Positions 53,462 through 64,000 of a stretch of DNA of 64,000 nucleotides are shown piece by piece. The first letter of the stretch is position 1. Every line of letters begins with the position of its first letter. The notes under the pieces were generated by a model, which was not told the origin of the DNA, did not search any database, and worked only from the letters and a program-made list of their open reading frames with translations. Origin of the DNA: Phoronis australis (Eukaryota > Animalia > Phoronida); contig NMRA01000095.1 in NCBI GenBank assembly GCA_002633005.1, positions 48,805 through 112,804 on the forward strand, in the 5' to 3' direction. Position numbers and translations under genes: made by a program.

Positions 53462-53709
53462 CATGCGCGCACCCAGCCTTCAATATGGGGGGTCTAATTC
53501 CCGATGTTGTGGACCTTCTGCTAACAAAAGAGGGGGCCGACTGAAAAAAAACGGGAACATCACTGCGAATTGCAAGTTTGTGCTTGTTTAATAGGCTTTT
53601 GTCCCGTTTTCTCGGACTTTTTGTTTCTCGGAGGCGGACCTTTTTGCACACTTCGCTAAATGGGCGGGCTCGTTTGAGCACCCGGAGCCCTCTCCTAGGT
53701 GCGCTCATG
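53462..53709. mobile_element. Short MITE-like element
   Basis: CATGCGCGCACC ... GGTGCGCTCATG (11/12 inverted match). The upstream duplicate copy is cut off at the N (52560). Confidence 0.55.
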
Positions 53710-54527
53710 TGAGTCATGATTCAGTAAAGGGAACATTTGTTTCATTCTAACATATTCATAAGTTTTATATCTTCTCATGTGTTTCTTGTTCTATTGAAAT
53801 TTGAATCATGCTCCTTCCAAAATGGCGGCTGATAAAAGAAGAAAATAAACATAATTGTGGATGTGCTCTTCTGTCTGCCGATCGAAACTCATCGAAAATT
53901 TCTGTCGCCTCCCCTTCATCGCAAAGTACCGTTAGCTTGCCACTTGTTTCAACCCTCCACCCCGACTCCCCGGTTACCCAAAAATTTTGCATTTGGTTCC
54001 GCTCTTGAACACTTGTGGCAATGCCTGAGTGTTACTTTTAACCAGGTTGCATTGTGGGCAGAAGATTATTTCCATCACTCGACACATTAAGAATTCCAAT
54101 AATTCCATGACGTCAGACGTAAGACGACTACGATTCGGAAATATGTCGTCTTGCTGGAAAGGTCCGTTATAAATTGGGCACCGAATTTGAGTTTCTGTCA
54201 GTTTTGATTTAGTTATTTAGAAAGTCAAGGGAATTGACGAGTCTGATAGATGTCGCATTGGTGTATCGTATTTACTACTGACGCCTGCGCAGTATACAGA
54301 CAGCAGGGTTACCAAAATGCAGTGCTGTTATTATGCGGACACCATTATAGCCGCTGGGTTGATATCAGTGTGGAATTAATTATAAAGNCTAATTTAAAAC
54401 TCAAAATATCAAAAGAATCGATGTTTATGGGCAGAAATTGGATTCACAGTGGTGCAACTTTCATGTGGTTAACGAGTAATGGTTTTTGCTGACAAACGTT
54501 ACTAACATTAGCCTGTGCTTTAAATAG

Positions 54528-54718
54528 GTTTGTGCCTTTGTGACGAAGGATACATTGGAGGAGACTGCTCAATGGAGAAAGCAATACCGCCGGAAATATT
54601 CGCCATTCCTCAGAATGGTTTATGTGACGTCAAAAGCCGACCGTGTGAGGCGACCCCAGTGTACGGAGACAAAATTGTTGAGTCGGAAAATCTCACTTGC
54701 CACATTGATTACTTAGAG
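54528..54718 (+). CDS. Gene B exon: EGF-like C-half plus following Cys-rich segment
   Basis: aaatag|...|gtatga, phase 1-0. Encodes GLCLCDEGYIGGDCS...GLCDVKSRPC...NLTCHIDYLE. Confidence 0.92.
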
Positions 54719-55028
54719 GTATGATATGCTGAGTGGTAAGCCCGATCAAAAGCGTATGATATAAATATGATGTTTTATTTGTCACCTGCACTGCTTTTCA
54801 TTGTCACGCGGATCTTAAGGCTTTGTCAGTACAACTTTATTTAAGGTTTGAATTGAGTACCATGGCTGTTTTATTCAAATCAGTTATTTTTAGTCTAAAG
54901 CACGCAGGTTAGAGGAAGTTCAGCTATTTTGATTGCGCGACCTTTTCTCAGATTAATTTTGTCTTATCAAGAGATATCATTCCATCACTTGCCATGTGAA
55001 ATTCATGTTTATCTACTTCATCTTCAAG

Positions 55029-55292
55029 GTTACATTAAAGGGAGCCATTAACGTCACTGGTGAAAAGGCTTTGACAAAAGGAGAGTTTGAAACCTTTAAC
55101 GAAGTCTTTTGCCCGCTGCCCAAATCACGCGTACGCCGTAGCATCGACGAGAAAGCTTCTGTCGGAATCCCGGTCACAGGTTACTATATTGGGGTCAGTA
55201 ACGATGGCGTAGCAGTGAGTCAGAAGGTCATGTTCGTCTCTTACGATTCCGTCTGTATTTCCTGCAATGCGTCAGGCTACTGCGTTAAAAAG
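55029..55292 (+). CDS. Gene B exon (contains RVRR furin-type site)
   Basis: cttcaag|...|gtaggt, phase 0-0. Encodes ...EVFCPLPKSRVRRS...VSNDG...YDSVCISC...CVKK (VWDE-family SNDG / YDS.C..C motif). Confidence 0.92.
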
Positions 55293-56004
55293 GTAGGTTC
55301 CACATGTGTTCGGTCACATGCAATTCTATAAGGTATCGCAAGAGGGTGGATACAGCTACGATTTTCCAACTAATAAAATACCACGCTGTCCTTGAAACGG
55401 CTGCCGAGGGGGATTTGGTCGTGTCTGAAGGGCGCCCTGCCTAAATACGCCTGAATGTGTAGCCCTATCTGTCACATAATGATCTCATTGTCTCCAGGTT
55501 GAAATACTTCTTCTTCGTTTTTTTAGCAACGCCTAACAGTGAAATTTAAATGCGTTTATTAAAGTTGAAAAGAAACCATTTTATGTTGAAACGAATGGTC
55601 TTCTTATCACAAAGCCTTAGGAATCTCCACCTTTTAGTTGGAAGTGTCAGCAGTGAAACTATGATAGCAATTGATAATTTGAAGGCAAATGATGGAGAGT
55701 GACGGTACCAAAACTCAGTTAGTAATGTCAGTTTCGAAAATGGGCTCGTTCCATCAATTACGGGCAAAATATGTAGGTGAAAGAAAACTGCCCCAGCACT
55801 GAATATATAGGCCCATGTCAGTAAGGATCACCGCACTCGCAAAATTTTATTGGGAACTTGACGGTTGAATGTAGCCATGAGACAGTCGTGTTAGAGTTTG
55901 ACGGAGAGTCTTTGTTACTTTGCGTGGTCATACAAGCATATGGTGTATGTAAGCGAGGGTCTAATAATTTACCAAATGCAATAACAGTGTGTTAATCATT
56001 TCAG

Positions 56005-56118
56005 AACAACTCGTGCTTGATTGGAGGTTTCTGTTATGCCCCTGAAGAAGCCAATCCAGCCAACGCCTGCGAACAGTGTTCTGTGACAACGGACGAATAT
56101 GGCTGGACGCCCAAATAC
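56005..56118 (+). CDS. Gene B Cys4-Trp module exon 1 (114 nt, phase 0-0)
   Basis: tttcag|NNSCLIGGFCYAPEEANPANACEQCSVTTDEYGWTPKY|gtgagt. Confidence 0.92.
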
Positions 56119-56738
56119 GTGAGTACACATTTAATAAGTATTACTTACTGCATTCAGTTACACATGTATGTTTGCTACTGAAGATGACGACGATGATTGG
56201 ATTACATAACGAGGATAATGGCCGGCTTCGATGGCGTTCGGGACTGAAATACTTTACATATAACGCGGTTTGGATAGAAGTCATGATACTTTTGGGTTTT
56301 GTTTATGATGGATGACCTTTAAACGGCCACTGTTTTGTTTTCGAACAATAAAAGGATTTGATTTATGCGATACATTGTTGGGTCCTTGTTTTACGAAAGG
56401 TGAGGTCTAAGTAAAAGGATAGATTTCTGGAGAAAATTATATTTTTAGAAACAGTGAGTAGAAAAAACGGTAATGAAATTTATTGTCGTTAATTTTGCAA
56501 TCAGGGATCTCAGAATTGAAAAATAAAAAAAATTCCTGTTTTCCCCAGTTTTTTTGTTTGTCATTTTGGTTAAAAGAAAGGCCAGTACCCGCTTAAGTCC
56601 CTGGATCCGCCTATGCGATTGAAGGTGGGTTCTTGTCCATTTTCATTCTCTGTTTGTAATTCTACTCCAGCAGAAGACGGTGTTTCCCAAAAGTTTTACT
56701 TTTTCATTGTTGTTCAGTCACGTGTTTCCTGTTTGCAG

Positions 56739-56852
56739 AACAAATCTTGTCTGATCAACGGTGTATGTTACGAGAACAACCAAACAAACCCCAACAACGA
56801 CTGTCAGTTGTGCTCGTCCAGCAAAGATACAAGTTCTTGGTCACAAAAATTC
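56739..56852 (+). CDS. Gene B Cys4-Trp module exon 2 (114 nt, phase 0-0)
   Basis: ttgcag|NKSCLINGVCYENNQTNPNNDCQLCSSSKDTSSWSQKF|gtaagt. Confidence 0.92.
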
Positions 56853-57284
56853 GTAAGTTTCATTTCTGTTTTTGTATTTCCAACACACGCTAAACTTTTG
56901 AAGAGCAGTAATTCTTTTACTTATGGGTTGCTTCAAGGGTCACTCAGAGTTCCCGATTTATTAGTTGGTACTTCAAAGATATCTGGACCCAGACTCCTAG
57001 TCCAGATACAGTCGGCGTAATAGACAACTTACTGTGTGGCTGGCATGGCGCTGTGTAATGTCTTCCTTCCCCCAGACGATAAAAATTGCATCCATATCTT
57101 TAACGTGACACTTCCTAAATTATGCGTTTTTGTCTCAGACGACTAATGCAGTAGGGCCGTCACGGATTACACAGCGACACTCGTATCTCGATGTATTTAC
57201 CCACAATGCCGCAGTATCCGTCAAGCACGTTGGTATATTCGTTTTCACGCCATTGAAGCTCTTTGCTGTTGTAAACGTTTTACT

Positions 57285-57432
57285 TTCAAGACTTTTCTCT
57301 GTCGCAATACTGCATTTGTACATGTAATTCCAATGCCTACGAAGTATTGTTGTTGTTCACGTACTACTTACAAGACTTTTTTGTCACAATACTGCATTTG
57401 TACATGTAATTCCAATGCCGTCGAAGTATTGC
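57285..57432. repeat. Two-copy intronic tandem repeat, period about 85
   Basis: CAAGACTTTT...CAATACTGCATTTGTACATGTAATTCCAATGCC..CGAAGTATTG occurs twice. Confidence 0.85.
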
Positions 57433-58066
57433 TGCAACTAGTCCGACGGGAAAAATGTGATGAACTTGACAAAAATCCATGGACTCGTGAATTTAGGTTT
57501 TCGCCTTATCGAAAGTGATCTGCGAGTGGATAAGCAGCATTTCTGATGTTGGGGTAGTTACTTTCTTTTACTGATAAGGTTGGTTTATTGTACCTACCGT
57601 ACACCCTACTTCAAATAATAATAGTTACATGTATTTCGTGGAGAATGCCAAGCCTCGTGCAACTCTGTTCATAGTTCTTATGATAGTACTTGTACAAAGA
57701 GATATGTTCTTCTCAATTATTAGTTGTTCTCATCTGTTTGTACGACAAATACCTCCACAACTAGGCATGCGCACAGATGCCCACACGGCGTATCGTTCAT
57801 CATCCTTTCACATGCCTGTACAGGTGGCGCTGTGATGGAGAATACTAAATCACACAGTCACCGAATGGCGAGAACGTCTCGTCCACGAGTTGGCTAAACA
57901 CGCGCGGTGAGAATGAAGGACTTCCTATGCATTGCTACTGAGATGATTGCAGGCACTCGTATATTTCAGTAAAAAACGTACAAGTTGAAAAGATCAATTT
58001 GTTGTTGACTTAGCAAAGTCTGGGTTTCCTTATGTAGACTTGTAATTAAGTGTTGGTTATTCGTAG

Positions 58067-58180
58067 GATGCGTCATGTCTGATTGGCGGAACATGTTACG
58101 TTGAAGGACATACCAATTCAGCCAACGACTGTGAAGTGTGTTACTCAGCTACACTCTCAAACGCATGGACACAGAAATAT
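58067..58180 (+). CDS. Gene B Cys4-Trp module exon 3 (114 nt, phase 0-0)
   Basis: tcgtag|DASCLIGGTCYVEGHTNSANDCEVCYSATLSNAWTQKY|gtacgt. Confidence 0.92.
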
Positions 58181-58909
58181 GTACGTGGTGCAAACTTTAA
58201 TTGTCTGGTTAAGTGCATGTCATTTGAGTAAATCATGTACTGTACTTAAGGGGCTACAAGCCCGCCTCCCATTACAAAAACAACAACTTTTGACTTAGAC
58301 CGCTAACGGTTATGAAATCGGCTTCAAATTGTTCCTTAGTAGAATTGGAGATGGTATCCTTATTGATTGAGATCAGGCGTGTCAATTTAAGAGCCGAGCT
58401 GGGAAATAACGAACTGCCAGCTTTTGCCAACTCTGAACCACATACCGTTTGAATAAAGGACACCTGAGTACACATTTTATAGCGGTGGGGTAAGTTGCTT
58501 GAATCAAGTTCTTTTCTACATGTGTAAAAGTTTCTGTTGACCTAGCAGCAACACTTCGCTCTTAGAATGTTATTTGAAGAATAACTGGGACTGATCGCTT
58601 ATCGATTTTTTCGTCTTAATAGCACAATTATGCCTTGAGGTACAAAATACGATTAGGGAACAGAATTTGGCTGTCGTCACGAAGTATGCGTAAGTCACTG
58701 CTAGATTAGATACTACATGTACATGCAAACAGACATGGATGTAGTAAAATGGCTTTTTTGACACCTACTGACTAAAATGTTGTCGTAAAATAAAAAGACA
58801 GGTTGTAATTATAGTCCCAGTCTTGATTTACAGCACGGTATACTTTGAACATTTGAACAAGCTCACGACAGCATGATAATGCTACACGGTTATTTTTTTA
58901 TTAAACCAG

Positions 58910-59027
58910 GTTTCTTCGTGCTTAATTGACGGAAAGTGTTTTGCAAATGGATCAAGAAATTTCGTGAATGACTGCGAGTTTTGCTCACCAGAAACGAATT
59001 CTTCCCACTGGACTTTGGACGAAGGAA
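58910..59027 (+). CDS. Gene B Cys4-Trp module exon 4 (118 nt, phase 0-1)
   Basis: aaccag|VSSCLIDGKCFANGSRNFVNDCEFCSPETNSSHWTLDEG|gtgagt. Confidence 0.92.
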
Positions 59028-60061
59028 GTGAGTGATCTCTAGATCTGTCTGAGCGCTAAACTAGGCATTATCGCTTCAGTGCGGTCTAGCTCAGATTGAA
59101 TGCCATATGTTGCGGGAATCCAAACTTCGATGTGCTTGTAGTAACAGTGATTCATAATTTCTGCGGCATGTTTAAATTTGCATTACATAGCAAAAATGTC
59201 CAGAATTTGCGGCATTGCCTATAGAAGAGGAAATTAACTGGGCGAAGTTATTTTTCCTTTGTGACCGTTGTATTAAAATGAAATAAATCTACATATGGTG
59301 AATGGCAACATAGATGGACCGGCTTGTAAAATCTCTGCGTTGGTTGTCTATTTAGAATACTTGTAACTCAAAAACACTAAACAGAATCATCCGACTGGAG
59401 CTTGATAGCACTGAGAGGGTTCATCTATTCACGTCGATACGCACGTACCTGCTTGGTTAACGTTTTCGACCATCGGATACCGTGGTCTTTCTCAAACTGA
59501 TTGGATTTAGTGTGTGACGTAAGGAATGACGTCACAAGGGTAAAGATGAGCGTCCCTGAGCAGTGCGCCTAATGAGGGGTACAGCTGGAGCTGACCACAA
59601 TTTCTATTCATATACTGTTTGCCACTTTTCTTGATATAAACAGACTCCGTTATCCATCTGGAAATCTTGAACCCTCTCAGTTTTCATAACGTAAATAGCC
59701 TTTAACAGATTTTCAGTCGTATTTAGGGATTTAAAGCATTTTTTCATTCCTTCTAGCCTGAAATCTTCCGTCATTGCATTGATCTTTATGAAGTGATCGA
59801 CTGGATTTAATGATGAAACCACATGACTAGAGTTAAAAAGATGCAAACTGCATGGTCCGTAATACTTGTCACACGATCTTAATTTCATGACGTACATTTA
59901 TCAACTTTACAAACAGTAAGATGTACGACAACAGCCCACAACCTGCCAGGAAGTCAATTCATGAAACTAGTTGAGTTTAGACTAACTCTTCACGACAATT
60001 TGAAAAATTAAAATTATTATCTTCCGCAGCTTCAGTATCATCTCGATTTTGTATTTTTTAG

Positions 60062-61590
60062 TTTCTGGGTGTGCCGTTACTACGAAAACTCTTGTCCAGT
60101 CTACCAGCCAAGAGGTTGGAAACCAGCAAACCTCTATAACAACAGTTCTCACTTCGGAGGGTGGCATTGAAGGAGTTGATACTACCACTGGAACAGGTGT
60201 AGGTGATACATCTACTGTTGTTGAAACCACATCTCGCGGCATTGGAAGGGTTGATACGACAACTGGAACAGCTACAAGTGATACATCTACCGTTGTTGAA
60301 ACCATATCTCCTGGCATTGGAGGAGTTGATACGGCCACTGGGACAGGTACAAGTGATACATCTACTGTTGTTGAAACCACATCTCTTGGCATTGGAGGAG
60401 TTGATACGACCACTGGAACAGGTACATGCTACCACTGCGACTGGTACAATTGCTACATCTATTGTTGTTGAAACCACATCTCGCGATAATGAAGGAGTTG
60501 ATGCTACCACTGCGACTGGTACAAGTGATACATCCACTGTTGTTGAAAACACATCTCCCTACATTGGAGGAATTGATACGACCCCTGGGACCGGTACAAG
60601 TGATACACCTACTATTGCTGAAACCACATCTCGCGGCATTGAAGGAGTCGACACTACCACTGGAACAGGTGCAAGTGATATATCTACTGTTTATGAAACC
60701 ACATCTCCCAACATTGGAGAAGTTGATACGACTACTGGGACAGGTAGAAGTGATACTTCTACTATTATTGAAACCACATCTATCGGCATTGGAGGAACTG
60801 ACACGACCACTGGGACAAACGCACAAACAAGTAGCGGTGAACATATAGGGGCGACAACACCCAAAACTTATGAAGCTGTAGGGACCTCTAACGGCAACAC
60901 CACATTCAGTTACTTTGCGACCGTGGGAAGCAGTCACGGTGCTCTTGACGTCACAGACACTGAAACAGTGGTCACGACAACTGTAGGTACTGGCAAAGAG
61001 ACGACTGTTGAAGCCACAACGGATACAGTGGATGAAGGTACAACTACTGCCACTGCAGATCAGGAGAGCACTAGGGGTGAACACGTACAAGTACAAACGA
61101 CAGAATCTACGTCAAAGACAAATACAGTGGTGGAAAGTACACACATAACAACCCGCGATCATGTGGATACAATTTCAACCTTAAGCACCGCCACTGAAAC
61201 CACCGCTGAAATCACAAAATATGAGACGACAACATCCGCAATGCAGGCAATAACTGAAACGACTGAGACTGAAGGCACAACCAACGTTTACTCTAAAGCA
61301 TTGTTAACAACCCTACAAGGGAGTATTAGAAATGGAGGGGCAAAAACATCAACAACAGTCACCGATGAAGAGACGACAACTCTTAATCTTGAAAAGTCAA
61401 CTGAGAATTCGCACACTAGCGACACTACCGTGGCAGCGACTACTGAAGTAACTGAGAAATCATCAGGTGGCCATAGTGGAAAGGAGATGCGCCCGCTATA
61501 CGTTGGTCTAATAGCAGGCTCGTGCGTTCTTGTAGTGGTACTTACTGTGGTCGCCGCTGTCGTTTGTCACGTAGGAAAAGGTAAAGCAAG
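60062..61590 (+). CDS. Gene B mucin stalk plus TM exon (copy 1), frameshifted at about 60426
   Basis: ttttttag| phase-1 acceptor and ag|gtaagt phase-2 donor. The Thr-rich frame switches from ORF 60049 to ORF 60203 inside the VNTR. Ends YVGLIAGSCVLVVVLTVVAAVVCHVGKGKAR. Confidence 0.88.
60163..60817 (+). repeat. Coding VNTR, 75-bp (25-aa) unit, about 9 units
   Basis: Unit approximately GIGGVDTTTGTGTSDTSTVVETTSR; starts at 60163, 60238, 60313, 60388 and onward. Confidence 0.95.
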
Positions 61591-61769
61591 GTAAGTTGAC
61601 TCAAACTGCTTGCATAAATTAGGCGGCAATGAATAGATTAACCTAAGATTCCAAACCACAAAACATCAATAGAGACCTGACGAGAATCACGCCGCTTTGT
61701 GGCCAAGGAGTATACCTTCTGCGTTCAGTCGTTTGGGTTCTTGGTAATTAACCTTCCATTGGAGTCAGN

Positions 61770-63040
61770 GAAACTACATCTCGCGGAATTGAAGGAGTTG
61801 ATACTACCATTGGAACAGGTACAAGTGATACATCTACTGTTGTTGAAACCACATCTCTTGGCATTGGAGGAGTTGATACGACCACTGGGACAGATACAAT
61901 TGATACATCTACTGTTGTTGAAAACACATCTCCCGACATTGGAGGAATTGATACGACCCCTTGGACCGGTACAAGTGATACACCTACTATTGTTGAAACC
62001 ACATCTCGCGGCATTGAAGGAGTCGACACTACCACTGGAACAGATGCAAGTGATACATCTACTGTTGATGAAACCACATCTCCCAACATTGGAGAAGTTG
62101 ATACGACTACTGGGACAGGTACAAATGATACATCTACTATTATTGAACCCACAGCTTCCCGCATTGGAGGAGTTGATACTACCACTGGAACAGGTGTAGG
62201 TGATGCATCTATTATTATTGAAACCACATCTATCGGCATTGGAGGAACTGACACGACCACTGGGACAAACGCACAAACAAGTAGCGGTGAACATATAGGG
62301 GCGACAACACCCAAAACTTATGAAGCTATAGGGACCTCTAACGTCAACACCACAATCAGTTACTTTGCGACCGTGGGAAGCAGTCACGGTGCTCTTGACG
62401 TCACAGACACTGAAACAGTGGTCACGACAACTGTAGGTACTGGCAAAGAGACGACTGTTGAAGCCACAACTGATAAAGTGGATGAAGGTATAACTTACGG
62501 CACTGCAGATCAGGAGAGCACTAGTGGTGAACACGTACAAGTACAAACGACAGAATCTACGTCCAAGATGAATACAGTGGTGGAAAGTACAGACATAACA
62601 ACCCGCAATCATGTGGATACAATTTCAACCTTTAGCACCGCCACTGAAACCACCGCTGAAATCACAAAAGATGAGACGACAACATCCGCAATGCAGGCAA
62701 TAACTGAAACGACTGAGACTGAAAGCACAACCAGCGTTTACTCTAAAGCGCTGTTAACAACCCTACAAGAGACTACTAGAAATGGAGGGACAAAAACATC
62801 AACAGCAGCCACCGATGAAGAGACGACAATTTTTAATCATGAAAAGTCAACTGAGAACTCGCACACTAGCGACACTACGGTAGCAGCGACTACTGAAGAC
62901 ACTGAGAGATCATCAGGTGGTCGTAGTGGAACGGAGATGCGCCCGCTGTACGTTGGTCTAATAGCAGGCTCGTGCGTTCTTGTAGTGGTTCTTACTGTGG
63001 TCGCCGCTGTCGTTTGTCACGTAGGAAAAGGTAAAACAAG
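61770..63040 (+). CDS. Gene B mucin stalk plus TM exon (copy 2; 5' part lost at the N), open frame
   Basis: Uninterrupted frame from 61770 (ETTSRGIEGVD...) through the same TM to ag|gtaag. VNTR 61770-62267. Homology to copy 1 continues to 63214. Confidence 0.85.
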
Positions 63041-63273
63041 GTAAGACTTAAACTGCTTGCATAAATTAGGTGGCAATGAATAGATTAACCTAAGGCTCCA
63101 AACCACAAAACATCAATAGAGACCCGACGAGAATCACACCGCTTTGTGGCCAAGGAGTATACTTTCTGCGTTCAGTCCTTTGGGTCTTGGTTATTAACGT
63201 TCCATTGGAGTCAGAATTCTTGCAATATGACAGGCGCATGAATGACGTCATTGCTGTCTTGGGAAAATTCCAG

Positions 63274-63400
63274 GCTTCAGCAACGGCATGAGCGCCCAAT
63301 GTCAACTGAAAGTGACAATAATACCGCACAAGTACATGTAAATATAACGCAAGTAATTACAATAACAGTCAGATGTGTACACAAGACGAGAAATTTTTAG
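63274..63400 (+). CDS. Candidate cytoplasmic-tail exon of gene B
   Basis: ttccag|g is phase-2 compatible and gives (R)LQQRHERPMSTESDNNTAQ... An alternative acceptor at 63233 gives RMNDVIAVLGKFQASATA-stop. Cannot be decided from sequence. Confidence 0.3.
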
Positions 63401-63458
63401 CTGTCAAAATGACAATGACACAAAACGAATACGGGAAACCTAGAGAATATATATCCAT

Positions 63459-63527
63459 GTCTGTCTGTCTGTCTCTCTTTATGCATGCATGCATGCATGC
63501 ATGTATGTATGTATGTATGTATGTATG

Positions 63528-63564
<37 letters not shown>
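63459..63564. repeat. Compound microsatellite (TCTG)n(ATGC)n(ATGT)n(AT)n
   Basis: Directly visible. Confidence 0.97.
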
Positions 63565-63568
<4 letters not shown>

Positions 63569-64000
63569 CGTTGAAAAGTAAGCTGTTCTTTGCTTTAATT
63601 AGTTTGTACAACAAACTTTCGTAGTGTCTACACAAGTGTCTTTCATCAGATGGTAGTTGATATAATAGATCGCCCAGTGTAAGTGGCATCACAAACACAT
63701 ATATATGAGTAAATATATAATAAAACTCTGTACAAAACATATCATAATAAAACAGTAGCGGTACTTCGACTATACATCAGTCATCAAAGGCAAATAAATC
63801 TAAAAATTATCAACGCTATCGTGTATGATACATAAAACAAGAACAATGACATTAAACACAAATATAAGGTTGCATACATAAGAGCGCAATTACAGAAGGA
63901 ATTGTCATGGAAACTAAATTAAACGTACACTGTACTATGTAACATAGTAAAATTTAATAAAATACATAGGTGAAACAACTTATGGACATTATTTATATAA
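63565..64000 (-). mobile_element. Possible Penelope-like element terminal fragment abutting the microsatellite
   Basis: Minus strand MPLTLGDLLYQLPSDERHLCRHYESLLYKLIKAKNSLLFNAT runs straight into (TA)n. It resembles the R..E....K........FN..C N-terminus of some Penelope-group ORFs. This is pattern recall only. Confidence 0.4.

Larger units (their letters stand above)
51574..53542 (+). repeat. About 985-bp direct duplication (51574-52559 and 52561-53542) joined by a single N
   Basis: About 18 substitutions and one 4-bp indel by eye (roughly 2%). The junction is exactly the N at 52560. Confidence 0.95.

Overview
AT-rich, intron-rich eukaryotic DNA from an invertebrate animal; the species cannot be named from the sequence. 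The window holds two tandem, same-strand paralogues of a VWDE-like (von Willebrand factor D and EGF domain-containing) gene that here encodes a type I membrane protein. Gene A shows only its last three exons (5773-7619). Gene B is nearly complete (ATG 23551 to beyond 63040, at least 21 exons). Its order is signal peptide, D8C (UMOD/GP2/OIT3-type) module, Ig-like region, VWD, furin site, Cys-rich region, EGF, second furin site, four 38-39 aa Cys4-Trp modules each on its own exon, Thr-rich mucin stalk with a 75-bp VNTR, and a TM helix. Exons were built by hand from AG/GT sites. Phases match throughout except at one junction, where an exon is probably lost in the N gap at 54388. Two near-identical duplications are each joined by a single N (52560, 61769) and are most likely two haplotypes assembled in tandem. 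The two mucin/TM copies are much more divergent than the other pair, and one carries a frameshift that would make the protein secreted. Introns and intergenic DNA hold decayed LINEs (L2/CR1-type, RTE/RTEX-type), a Penelope-like GIY-YIG fragment with a hammerhead-ribozyme-like motif whose core shows a U3-A8 covariation, a THAP pseudogene, several MITEs and tandem repeats. Most ORFs in the supplied track are spurious.
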